In this document: piece by piece, positions 1 through 9,035 of the stretch
Position numbering within the stretch: position 1 is the stretch's first letter
How the letters are laid out: the number at the start of each line of letters is the position of its first letter
Assembly: GCA_031401115.1 (NCBI GenBank)
Contig: JANNRE010000018.1
Coordinates: forward strand, 74,233-138,232
Origin: Chitinophagaceae bacterium
GTDB lineage: Bacteria > Bacteroidota > Bacteroidia > Chitinophagales > Chitinophagaceae
Length of the DNA: 64,000 bases
Reading direction: 5' to 3'
Notes under the pieces: model-generated
Seen by the model: the letters and a program-made list of their open reading frames with translations, nothing else
What the model was told of the DNA's origin: nothing
The model's database searches: none
Position numbers and translations under genes: made by a program

Positions 1-394
1 GAGACATGCTTTTCAAAACAGAAAGTTTTTTATCATAATATTTATAAAGAGAGTTGAAATGAGATGAATCAGTTAACAAATCTTCATAAAATGAAAACGT
101 ATACTGTTTACCTCTATCTTTTTCTATTTTATGTTCTAGCTGGTATTCTGCAAGAAAACCACAGAACACTGCCAAGAACAACATTAAAAATTCCCAGAAA
201 TAGGATTTCCAGCTTTTTTTGTGATGTGGTGGTGCTGCAGGGTCATGTGCATGATGATGTACTTCCATATTTTCAGTTTCTTGATTTGGGGTAATAGTTT
301 CTGCGTCCTTAGCAGGAGTAATATTGTCAGAAGGATTTTCCGATTGGTTATTTGTCTGATTTTCAAAATGCTCTTCTTCTGTATTGTCTGCCAT
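1..394 (-). CDS. Hypothetical membrane-anchored protein (MEVHHH...KKxWKxYFWEFLMLFLAVFCGFLAE family), truncated by the window edge
   Basis: Manual translation from the ATG at 394 is open to base 2: MADNTEEEHFENQ...MEVHHHAHDPAAPPHHKKSWKSYFWEFLMLFLAVFCGFLAEYQLEHKIEKDR... It is absent from the ORF track because no stop lies inside the window. Confidence 0.8.
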   Translation of the reverse strand, partial: MADNTEEEHFENQTNNQSENPSDNITPAKDAETITPNQETENMEVHHHAHDPAAPPHHKKSWKSYFWEFLMLFLAVFCGFLAEYQLEHKIEKDRGKQYTFSFYEDLLTDSSHFNSLYKYYDKKLSVLKSMS

Positions 395-489
395 TTAGTT
401 TTGGTTGGTTAAACTGTTAGTGTTTTCAATTACAATACGAACAATGTACATTTTAAATCTAAAGTCTTACATCAAAAATCATTCATCTG

Positions 490-1554
490 CTACCACCCAA
501 TCTTCTCACCCCATTTACCCAGTCCAAAATATTTATTAAGCGGAAGATTTATTCCGATTTGATTATAGGCAGTTGTATTTTGAAAATAACTTCTTGCATA
601 ACGTAATTGTAATTTGGGAAGTATCGCCCCTACTCCAAATGACAATCCGGTTAATCCGTTAGGTACATTGGTAATACGAAGCTGACTACGGCGCATTACA
701 TTATAACCTACAGTTACTTCCACCCTTTGCCCAAGTAACAACTGTGTAGAAAAAATAAAATGCTGAAATAACTTTTCTGCAGTAAACTTTTTTGCAGATG
801 GATTAGTGAAACCATTGTCATTATTAAACGTAGTATCATTGTACAAAATATCAAACTGGTGCAGGTGATGTGCAGTAAGTGAAAATCGAATAGGTGCTTT
901 ATCTAATTGTTTTGAAATGCCAAAGACTACATCAAAAGGTAATTCCTCGGGTACAGCATCGTTGTATTTTTTTAATTGTCCGCCCATATTCATTGCCACC
1001 AATCCTATTTGCAAAAGATTAGCACTGTCTTTATACAACACACCTACATCTGCTGCAATGGCGTTGGAACGATACAATCCATAATTAGAGGAAATATATT
1101 TTGCAGAAATTCCATAATTCCATTTTTCTAAATATTTTCTACTGGCTGTAATTTGAATGGAATAATCTCTAGGTTTAAATGCGCCGAGTATATTGCCCGA
1201 TGCATCCGTTTGTGTAGTGGCGCCATAATCAAAAAACAAAATGGATGCGGCAAAATTGGTTTGTAATTTTTCGCTGCGGTAAGCAAGCATCCAATGATAA
1301 TTTTTTAGTCCATCGTACAAACTGTTGAAGTTGGCAACCATTTGTGAGTGCATAGAAGAATCGAGCTGTGCAGGATTTTGAAACGCAAGCGACAAATCAT
1401 TAGAAGCATGAGAAACATTCAAACCTCCATGTGCTGCTAACTGAGGCGATGGCGGAAACCGTAAAAAATTATAGGTATTGCTGCCGCCTAAAGTTTGTGC
1501 ATTCAGCCAATGGCAAAAGAAAAGGAAACTTATAATAAAAACGAGTTGACGCAT
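490..1554 (-). CDS. porQ: Type IX secretion system outer-membrane beta-barrel PorQ
   Basis: Signal peptide, then GGSNTYNFL...AAHGG, NPAQL, ELPFDV..GISKQL..APIRFSLT and YNVMRRSQL, matching my recollection of the PorQ/PorV barrel family, closest to PorQ. Confidence 0.75.
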   Translation of the reverse strand: MRQLVFIISFLFFCHWLNAQTLGGSNTYNFLRFPPSPQLAAHGGLNVSHASNDLSLAFQNPAQLDSSMHSQMVANFNSLYDGLKNYHWMLAYRSEKLQTNFAASILFFDYGATTQTDASGNILGAFKPRDYSIQITASRKYLEKWNYGISAKYISSNYGLYRSNAIAADVGVLYKDSANLLQIGLVAMNMGGQLKKYNDAVPEELPFDVVFGISKQLDKAPIRFSLTAHHLHQFDILYNDTTFNNDNGFTNPSAKKFTAEKLFQHFIFSTQLLLGQRVEVTVGYNVMRRSQLRITNVPNGLTGLSFGVGAILPKLQLRYARSYFQNTTAYNQIGINLPLNKYFGLGKWGEKIGW

Positions 1555-1619
1555 TGGCTAATTCAATAAGCCTGTAAATTAATCAATTACTGCTTACCAT
1601 TCTTTTGCCGTGCATAAAC

Positions 1620-1644
1620 AAAAATCCTCCATAGATATGGAGGA
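1620..1644 (-). terminator. Probable intrinsic terminator downstream of lon
   Basis: Stem TCCTCCATA-GA-TATGGAGGA, followed by a T-run on the minus strand. Confidence 0.55.
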
Positions 1645-1752
1645 AATTCTTTAACTCTTAGAACAACCAACATCAAATGGTTGACTTGATAATAACAGGA
1701 AATTTATAATTTGGTTTAAAAAAAGTCTCTTTTTTTAAGGTATAGAGTTCTC

Positions 1753-4158
1753 TTACATTAAAGCCAGATCTAAAACCTGCTGCATAGTTTTTATATAATG
1801 AAATTTCATGCCTTTTATGTACTGAGAATTTATTTCCTGTACATCTTTTTCGTTTTGCCAGCACATAATTACATCTTTAATACCTGCCCGTTTTGCCGCA
1901 AGTATCTTTTCTTTAATTCCACCTACGGGCAATACTTGTCCACGTAATGTAATTTCCCCCGTCATAGCTAAAAAAGGCTTAACCCGGCGGCCAGTAAATG
2001 CACTGGCAATAGAAGCAAGCATGGTAATACCTGCACTTGGCCCATCTTTAGGAACAGCTCCTTCTGGCACATGCAGGTGAATATTTTTCTTTTGAAAATC
2101 TTCAGGGTTAATATTTGCTTTTTTTGCATTGGCATTTAAATAGCTTAATGCAGTAGATGCACTTTCTTTCATTACATTACCCAGGTTTCCGGTTAGAGTG
2201 AGTAATCCTTTTCCATCGGATAAACTGGTTTCAATAAATAAAATATCTCCGCCCACAGAAGTCCATGCAAGCCCAACAGATACACCAGCCATATTTGCTG
2301 TTTTGTAAATCTCATTACTGTAACGTGGCTTGCCCAAAATCTTTTCAATATCACCAGCAGTAATGGTGGGTTTTAATTTATCTTTTGTAGCAAACTCTTT
2401 TGCCTGTGAACGCATGATAGCCGCCAACTGACGATCCAATTCTCTCACTCCGCTTTCACGGGTATAATCTTCTACAATTTTACGCAGCACAGCATCACTC
2501 ATTTTAAAATTGAGCTTTACTAAACCGTGTGCTTCTTTTTGTTTGGGTACTAAATAGTTTTTAGCGATCTCCATTTTTTCTTCTACTGCATACCCGCTGA
2601 GATCAATGATTTCCAAACGATCTCTTAATGCCGGTTGTATAGATGCTAAACTGTTTGCAGTGGCAATAAACAATACTTTACTTAAATCATATTCTGTTTC
2701 TAAATAATTATCATAGAATGTATGGTTCTGCTCAGGGTCTAATAACTCAAGCAATGCACTTGCAGGATCGCCACGAAAATCATTTCCTATTTTATCTATT
2801 TCATCTAAAATCATTACGGGGTTTGATGATTTTATTTTACGGATGGATTGTAAAATGCGGCCGGGCATTGCACCAATATATGTTTTACGATGACCTCTTA
2901 TTTCGCTTTCATCGTGCAAACCACCGAGACTGATGCGTACATATTTTCTACCGAGTGCTGAAGCAATACTTTTTCCTAAGCTTGTTTTACCAATACCCGG
3001 AGGGCCGAGCAAGCAAAGAATGGGGCTTTTCATATCACCTTTTAATTTCAGCACGGCGAGGTATTCAAGAATACGTTCTTTTACTTTATGAATTCCGTAA
3101 TGATCATGATCTAATACTTTTCTAGCTTTTTTTAAATCGTATTGATCAGTTGTAAATTCATTCCAGGGTAAATCAAGCAATAAATCAAGATGATTATATA
3201 CTACTGAATAATCAGGAGTTGATGGATGCATACGCTCCAGTTTCTCAATTCCTTTTTTAAACATTTCTTTTGCAGCCGCACTCCATTGTTTGGTTTCTGC
3301 TTTCTTTTTCATTTCCTGCAACTCCAGATCATTGGTATCGCCACCCAGTTCATCTTTAATGCTTTTCATTTGCTGCTGCAGAAAATATTCCCGCTGCTGC
3401 TTATCAAGTTCTGTTCTTGTTTTATTGGTTACCTGATTTTTTAATTCGGCAAACTGTAATTCTTTTTGTAATAGTGTAAGCAATAAATCAGCCCGCTCTT
3501 TTATGTTTTGTGTTTTAAGTAGTTTTTGTTTTTCTACAATATCTGCATTGAGGTTATTGCTTACAAAATGAATAAGGAACGATGGGTTCTCAATATTTTT
3601 TAAAATAATAGCTGCTTCGCTTGGAATATTGGGCGAGAGATGGATGATTTGTGCAGCTAAATCTTTAATGGAACCGGCCTGTGCTTTAAAATTTTCGTCT
3701 GTAGGTGTAGCTTCTTCTTTTAAAATTTCAATACCTGCTTTAAAAAAAGGGTCTTCTGCAGTAATAGCTGTAATCTTAAACCTTTTTTTACCCTGAATGA
3801 TTACGGTAGTTCCGCCATCGGGCATTTTTATCAGCTTCACTATTTTAGCAATGGTACCAATCTCTTCTATATCAGTAACAGTTGGATCCTCTACATTACT
3901 GTCTTTTTGAGCTACCACACCAATAAGCTTGCTCACTTTATAAGCTTCGTTCACTGCCTGTATGCTTTTATCTCTCCCCACTGTAATGGGCAACACAACA
4001 CCGGGAAAGAGCACCGTATTTCGTAAAGGCAGAAGTGGAAGTTCATCAGGAATCAGGTCGCTCTCATCATCCTCCGCTTCCGTTTCGTTTAGTGGAATAA
4101 TGGGCATAAAATCTAAATCTTCATCAGAGGATCTTAAAAACAAATTCTTTTCAGTCAT
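1753..4158 (-). CDS. lon: ATP-dependent Lon protease (endopeptidase La)
   Basis: N-terminal [11 protein letters not shown], Walker [10 protein letters not shown], Walker B MILDEIDK and catalytic PKDGPSAG; 801 aa. Confidence 0.98.
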   Translation of the reverse strand: MTEKNLFLRSSDEDLDFMPIIPLNETEAEDDESDLIPDELPLLPLRNTVLFPGVVLPITVGRDKSIQAVNEAYKVSKLIGVVAQKDSNVEDPTVTDIEEIGTIAKIVKLIKMPDGGTTVIIQGKKRFKITAITAEDPFFKAGIEILKEEATPTDENFKAQAGSIKDLAAQIIHLSPNIPSEAAIILKNIENPSFLIHFVSNNLNADIVEKQKLLKTQNIKERADLLLTLLQKELQFAELKNQVTNKTRTELDKQQREYFLQQQMKSIKDELGGDTNDLELQEMKKKAETKQWSAAAKEMFKKGIEKLERMHPSTPDYSVVYNHLDLLLDLPWNEFTTDQYDLKKARKVLDHDHYGIHKVKERILEYLAVLKLKGDMKSPILCLLGPPGIGKTSLGKSIASALGRKYVRISLGGLHDESEIRGHRKTYIGAMPGRILQSIRKIKSSNPVMILDEIDKIGNDFRGDPASALLELLDPEQNHTFYDNYLETEYDLSKVLFIATANSLASIQPALRDRLEIIDLSGYAVEEKMEIAKNYLVPKQKEAHGLVKLNFKMSDAVLRKIVEDYTRESGVRELDRQLAAIMRSQAKEFATKDKLKPTITAGDIEKILGKPRYSNEIYKTANMAGVSVGLAWTSVGGDILFIETSLSDGKGLLTLTGNLGNVMKESASTALSYLNANAKKANINPEDFQKKNIHLHVPEGAVPKDGPSAGITMLASIASAFTGRRVKPFLAMTGEITLRGQVLPVGGIKEKILAAKRAGIKDVIMCWQNEKDVQEINSQYIKGMKFHYIKTMQQVLDLALM

Positions 4159-4266
4159 AAATTATTCTTTGGTCAAATTGACAGATAAGCCCCTCACAAG
4201 GGGCTTTCTGAATGGTATAGCTTAAGGGTCAAGATTAATGCCAATGGGTTAAGGACTGCAATATTA

Positions 4267-5910
4267 TCACTCCCTCACAACCGCCTTTATCACCTTCCCC
4301 ACAGATCCGCTCGGCATTTGAATTCGTAACATAGCGGCAAGTGTTGCAGCAATATCTGTCATGTACACTTCTTCTGTACTGCGGCCAGATTTTATATTCC
4401 AGCCATACCAGAGTAATGGAATATGGCTGTCGTAAGGATTCCAGAGCCCATGTGTTGTTCCTGTAGCACCTCCATCTATCCAACCCGGTTTTAAAATGAT
4501 CTGAATATCTCCGCTTCGTTGCGGATGCCATCCATTTGCCAATCTGTTTTTTACATCGCTACTCATGGGTTGCTCCATCAATTCTTCCAATGCAAAAACC
4601 CGGTCAACTCCATTAATTTTTTGTACTTGGTTGATGATGTCTTCTACAATAGCTTCTTCATCAAGCTTTGCAGTATCTATTATTACTCTGTTTAAACTAA
4701 GCTGATAATTATAAACACTCAACACCAAATTACTTTTGCCATATTTATCTTTTAAAAGATTATTAAGATCAGCCAGCATTGTGTTATCATCAACTGCACC
4801 GCCGGGCAATTTATTTACGTTCATAAAACCGGGCACATGTGCCACTCCATGATCGGCAGTTAAAAAAATGAGGTATTCATTTTTACCCACTTGTTTATCT
4901 AAATAATCAAACAACTCACCAAAGTCTTTATCCAATCGTAAATAGGTATCTTCTATTTCAATAGAGTTGGGGCCGAACGCATGGCCAATATAGTCGGGGC
5001 TTGAAAAACTCAATGCTAAAAAATCTGTGATGGAATCTTTACCCATCTGCTCATTAACAATTGCCTCTTTTGCCATAAGCATTGTAAGCGTATTACCATA
5101 AGGGGTTTGCAAAACAGCACTGTAATTTTTTGTAGTAAACTGTTTTAGAGAATAAGGAAATCCTTTTTGCTCATTGCCAAATGGTTTTGCTTCATACTCA
5201 TTTTCATCTTTTGTACTTTGTGTATAGGTGTTGATGGGATATAAAGTGTTCCAACCTTTTTCATAAAAACCATCGGCCATTTTTTTATTGTTGAAATCAG
5301 TTACCCATTGTGGTAATGCAGTCATGTAATAAGTTGATGTAATCCAATCGCCTGATTTACTTTCATACCAGTAAGCACCATCAGCACTATGCCCTGCAGG
5401 CAAAATACTGCCACGATCTTTTGCAGCAATCCCAATTACTTTGCTTCTGAAATTTGTTGCCAGTTGTAATTCATCACAAATAGTAGTCGTGAGCATATTC
5501 TTTGGGCTCATTTCGCCGGAAGTGGAACTGCTGCCTACTGTTTTCACTGTTTTATCTTCACTGCAATAAACAATTCTGTTTTTATCATAATCCCACCATG
5601 CATTACCTGTAATTCCGTGTATGGCAGGTACGCTACCCGTATAAACAGTAGTATGGCCACAAGCAGTTACAGTGGGTGTGTAAGGAATAAAAGCATTTTC
5701 ACAACTAAAGCCCTTATTGAGTAATCTTTTAAAACCTCCGTTTGCAGCATAGCGGCTGTGATAACGATACAAAAAATCCCAGCGCATTTGATCTACCATA
5801 ATACCAACAACTAATTTTGGTCTTTGTACCGGAGGATTTTGGGTTGCTACTTTTTGAGCAAACCCAATGGAATTAAAAAGTAAAATGCAGCTTATCAAAA
5901 ACAATTTCAT
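4267..5910 (-). CDS. pafA: PafA-type alkaline phosphatase
   Basis: RPKLVVGIMVDQMRWD, Thr-nucleophile motif PTVTACGH, D..GH.FGP, LTADHG and THG motifs; signal peptide. Confidence 0.9.
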   Translation of the reverse strand: MKLFLISCILLFNSIGFAQKVATQNPPVQRPKLVVGIMVDQMRWDFLYRYHSRYAANGGFKRLLNKGFSCENAFIPYTPTVTACGHTTVYTGSVPAIHGITGNAWWDYDKNRIVYCSEDKTVKTVGSSSTSGEMSPKNMLTTTICDELQLATNFRSKVIGIAAKDRGSILPAGHSADGAYWYESKSGDWITSTYYMTALPQWVTDFNNKKMADGFYEKGWNTLYPINTYTQSTKDENEYEAKPFGNEQKGFPYSLKQFTTKNYSAVLQTPYGNTLTMLMAKEAIVNEQMGKDSITDFLALSFSSPDYIGHAFGPNSIEIEDTYLRLDKDFGELFDYLDKQVGKNEYLIFLTADHGVAHVPGFMNVNKLPGGAVDDNTMLADLNNLLKDKYGKSNLVLSVYNYQLSLNRVIIDTAKLDEEAIVEDIINQVQKINGVDRVFALEELMEQPMSSDVKNRLANGWHPQRSGDIQIILKPGWIDGGATGTTHGLWNPYDSHIPLLWYGWNIKSGRSTEEVYMTDIAATLAAMLRIQMPSGSVGKVIKAVVRE

Positions 5911-5991
5911 TGTATAAATATTGAGTTGTAAAGATAGCCGTGAAAGAACCCATAAATTACTATTTTGTTAATAAAACTCATTCTTTCAACC

Positions 5992-6022
5992 TTGCCCTTT
6001 CACCCTCAATCCCTTAACTTTG
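5992..6022 (+). promoter_or_regulatory. Bacteroidota sigma70 promoter (-33 TTG, -7 TAACTTTG)
   Basis: TTG at 5992-5994 and TAACTTTG at 6015-6022, 20-nt spacing, about 30 nt upstream of the ATG at 6055. Confidence 0.7.
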
Positions 6023-6054
6023 CGCCAATTTTAGGCACATAACAATTTCATAAT

Positions 6055-7356
6055 ATGGCAGATATTTTTGAGAAATTAATTAAGAATTCAGGACCGCTTG
6101 GTCAGCACAGAGAAAGAGCACATGGCTATTTTGCATTTCCAAAACTGGAAGGAGAAATTAACAGCCGCATGATGTTTCGTGGCAAAGAAAAAATAGTGTG
6201 GAGCTTAAATAACTATCTCGGTTTAGCAAACCATCCTGAAATCAGAAAGATTGATGCTGATGCTTCCAAACAGTTTGGACTTGCGTATCCAATGGGAGCA
6301 AGAATGATGAGTGGAAATTCCAATTATCATGAGCAGCTCGAAAGAGAACTGGCTGAATTTGAAATGAAGGAAGATGCTATTCTGTTGAATTTTGGCTATC
6401 AGGGAATCATGAGTACCATTGATGCAATTTGTGGAAGGCATGATGTAATTGTTTATGATGCTGAGAGCCATGCCTGTATCATTGATGGTTTGCGTTTACA
6501 CCCCGGCCATAGATATGTGTTTAAACATAACGATGTAGAAGATTGCGAAAAACAACTGCAGCGTGCAACTGCTTTAATTGAAAAACAAAAAGCTGGTGGC
6601 ATTCTTGTAATTACAGAAGGTGTGTTTGGCATGGCTGGTGATCAGGGAAAGTTAAAAGAAATTGCTGTGCTGAAAAGTAAGTATGAGTTCAGGATTTTGG
6701 TAGATGATGCACATGGTTTTGGTACACTTGGCAAAACAGGTGCAGGTGCAGGTGAAGAACAGGGTTGTCAGGATGATATGGATTTATACTTCAGCACATT
6801 TGCAAAATCAATGGCATCTATCGGAGCATTTCTTGCGGGGCCTAAAGTGATTATTGATTTTATACGATACAATATCCGCTCACAAATTTTTGCCAAGAGC
6901 TTACCCATGCCCATTGTTATTGGTAATCTCAAGCGTTTGGAAATGCTCAAAACAATGCCTGAGCTAAAAGAAAAATTGTGGAGCAATGCAAGAAAATTAC
7001 AAAGCGGTTTAAAAGAAAGAGGTTTTGATATTGGTAAAACTGACAGCCCGGTTACTCCTGTTTATATGGTTGGAGGAGTAGAAGAGGCAACGGCAATGGT
7101 GATGGATTTGAGAGAGAATTATAATATCTTTTGCTCTATTGTTATTTATCCGGTAATTCCGAAAGGGCATATCATCTACCGTTTAATTCCATCTGCTGCA
7201 CATACAGATGCTGATATTGAAGAAACATTAATTGCTTTTACTGAAACAAAACAAAAGCTGGATGCGGGTGCCTATAAAGTAGAGGCAATACCAGATATGG
7301 CTGAAGTAGGTGGTAAACGTTTTGATTATATGCTTGACAGGCCAAAGAATAAATAA
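6055..7356 (+). CDS. PLP-dependent alpha-oxoamine synthase (BioF/Kbl/SPT family), probable cysteate:fatty-acyl transferase of sulfonolipid synthesis
   Basis: NNYLGLANHP, DDAHG, PLP lysine in STFAK(251)S and a second lysine in RSQIFAK(281)S. The family is certain; the substrate is inferred. Confidence 0.85.
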   Translation: MADIFEKLIKNSGPLGQHRERAHGYFAFPKLEGEINSRMMFRGKEKIVWSLNNYLGLANHPEIRKIDADASKQFGLAYPMGARMMSGNSNYHEQLERELAEFEMKEDAILLNFGYQGIMSTIDAICGRHDVIVYDAESHACIIDGLRLHPGHRYVFKHNDVEDCEKQLQRATALIEKQKAGGILVITEGVFGMAGDQGKLKEIAVLKSKYEFRILVDDAHGFGTLGKTGAGAGEEQGCQDDMDLYFSTFAKSMASIGAFLAGPKVIIDFIRYNIRSQIFAKSLPMPIVIGNLKRLEMLKTMPELKEKLWSNARKLQSGLKERGFDIGKTDSPVTPVYMVGGVEEATAMVMDLRENYNIFCSIVIYPVIPKGHIIYRLIPSAAHTDADIEETLIAFTETKQKLDAGAYKVEAIPDMAEVGGKRFDYMLDRPKNK

Positions 7357-7371
7357 GTTCACATTGTATTT

Positions 7372-7408
7372 AATAAAAAACCATCCAATTGCGGATGGTT
7401 TTTTTATT
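7372..7408. terminator. Bidirectional intrinsic terminator
   Basis: AAAAAACCATCC-aattgc-GGATGGTTTTTT between convergent genes, with A/T runs on both sides. Confidence 0.85.
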
Positions 7409-7424
7409 TATTTCAATTGCATTT

Positions 7425-8173
7425 TTATTTTTGATTTGTTCCTTGCGCAGGAATATTGAATAAAGCAGCCACTTCTTTGTAGCTCATTGCTTTAATTTGG
7501 TTCACATTATAACCTGCCGCAGGGCCGGTTGTAAAACGACCACCTGAAACTAAACCAGGAACAATAACATATCTTAAAAATCCACTTACTGTTACAGTTG
7601 AAATACCAGTTGATAAATTAGCAACGGTAATAATAACACGGTTTACAGCACCCACAAAACCCCAACTAAAGGTACCTGCAATACCAAATGGAGAACCGGA
7701 GAAATCATAAGGTAAAGAAACAACTGCAGAAGCATTAGCAGGTGTAGGAGTAATTGTTCCGCTGTTTAAACCATACACTAATAATATACCATTGTTTAAA
7801 ACAGCTTGAGTTAAACTCGGAGCAGGCACATTGGCTCTTGTTACTCTGTTTTGCAAGCCCATTACAGTATCACCGGCAACGTAGGGATAATTAATGTATC
7901 CAGCTGAGGCCGAACCAACTCTAAACCATGCAGAATAAATTACGTTTGCATTTTGCCCAGCCGGACCTTGAATACCCTGAACACCCTGAATTCCTTGAGG
8001 GCCTTGCGGACCAACAGGGCCAGTGGGGCCAATAATACCTTGTGCGCGCCGATAGATCCTACCGGACCTTGAATGCCTTGAGGGCCTACTGCACCAGTAT
8101 CGCCCTTTTTGCAGGCATTAAAAGCTATTGCCATAAATAACAGCAAAGTGGTGTTGTAAATAATTTTTTTCAT
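7425..8173 (-). pseudogene. Collagen-like (Gly-X-Y) lipoprotein split by a 2-nt frameshift
   Basis: ORF 7940-8173 has a lipobox (AFNA-C) and G-X-Y repeats. Removing 2 nt in the GCGCGC run at 8044-8049 continues G-X-Y (AQGIIGPTGPVGPQGPQGIQG...NANVIYSAW) in frame with ORF 7425-7862, giving about 248 aa. Confidence 0.85.
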
Positions 8174-8230
8174 AATACTTTGTTTTTGGTTAAAAAGTTA
8201 TTGAGAATATTGAAGGTAAGGAATTGAAAT

Positions 8231-8255
8231 AAAAAAAACGCCTATTGGGCGTTTT
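8231..8255 (-). terminator. Intrinsic terminator downstream of lolA
   Basis: AAAACGCC-tattg-GGCGTTTT hairpin with an 8-T tail on the minus strand. Confidence 0.7.
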
Positions 8256-8273
8256 GAATATTTTTTGTTTTAC

Positions 8274-8939
8274 TTACCGCAAATCAATAACATCTACACC
8301 GGGGTATTTCTTTTTGTCAAATACAAATTGTGCATCCGTTAAAGCAGCATTCGATTTCAGGGAGGCAACAGTATAAGTATATCGGTTGCCGGCTTTTTCC
8401 ATCACCTTGGTTCGGTAAATGGTTTGTGTTGCTTTATCAATCCATACATATACTTTAAAGAAAGGTTTCGATTTATCATAAGGAGTTAATTCAATTTCCT
8501 GTAAAGTGCGACTTCCTTCTTTCTTTTCACCATTGAGTTTATACAAAAAATCTTTATCGTAAAAATTTGTAAATAGTTTTTGTGGTGTGATGGTGTTTTG
8601 CCCGGGATCGAATTTAGAAAGTGTTACTTCATTTGCACCTTTATCGTAAGTCCAGATATTCAATCCATCGCAAAAAATATCTTGTGCAGCTACTAAGGTT
8701 ACACGGTATTTATTTCCTTTCATAAACAAAGTACCCTTCTTAGTTCCTTGTACTTTGCCTTTTGCATCTTCAGTTGTAAAAGAAAACGTTGCTTGTACAC
8801 CTTTGTAGGTTTTAAACTTGGCACTTACAGCATCTAATATTTTTTTTGCATTGGGGTCACTTTGAGTGGCTGGTTTTGTTTGAGCAAAAGAGTTGCATAC
8901 AATCAAAACAAAAAGCAAAGAGGATACACTTTTTTTCAT
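8274..8939 (-). CDS. lolA: Outer-membrane lipoprotein carrier protein LolA
   Basis: Signal peptide, KGNKYR, DG.NIWTYD..ANEV, FDKKKYPGV..IDLR; directly downstream of ftsK. Start set at MKKSV (8939). Confidence 0.85.
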   Translation of the reverse strand: MKKSVSSLLFVLIVCNSFAQTKPATQSDPNAKKILDAVSAKFKTYKGVQATFSFTTEDAKGKVQGTKKGTLFMKGNKYRVTLVAAQDIFCDGLNIWTYDKGANEVTLSKFDPGQNTITPQKLFTNFYDKDFLYKLNGEKKEGSRTLQEIELTPYDKSKPFFKVYVWIDKATQTIYRTKVMEKAGNRYTYTVASLKSNAALTDAQFVFDKKKYPGVDVIDLR

Positions 8940-8974
8940 TCTTGGTTTTATTTGTCTGTTCAATGATGTGGCCG

Positions 8975-8982
8975 CAAAGATA
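8975..8982 (-). promoter_or_regulatory. -7 element (TATCTTTG) of the lolA promoter
   Basis: Exact TAnnTTTG match 36 nt upstream of the ATG at 8939. Confidence 0.55.
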
Positions 8983-9035
8983 AGTGTTGCAGGTTGACGA
9001 ATAATAAAAGGACATCTTGGGAATGATTTAACAGC

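Noticed and set aside
6055-7356. bioF or kbl gene symbol
   Set aside because: The motifs (STFAK, FAKS) differ from the GTLGKA type and no biotin or threonine genes are adjacent, so no symbol was assigned.
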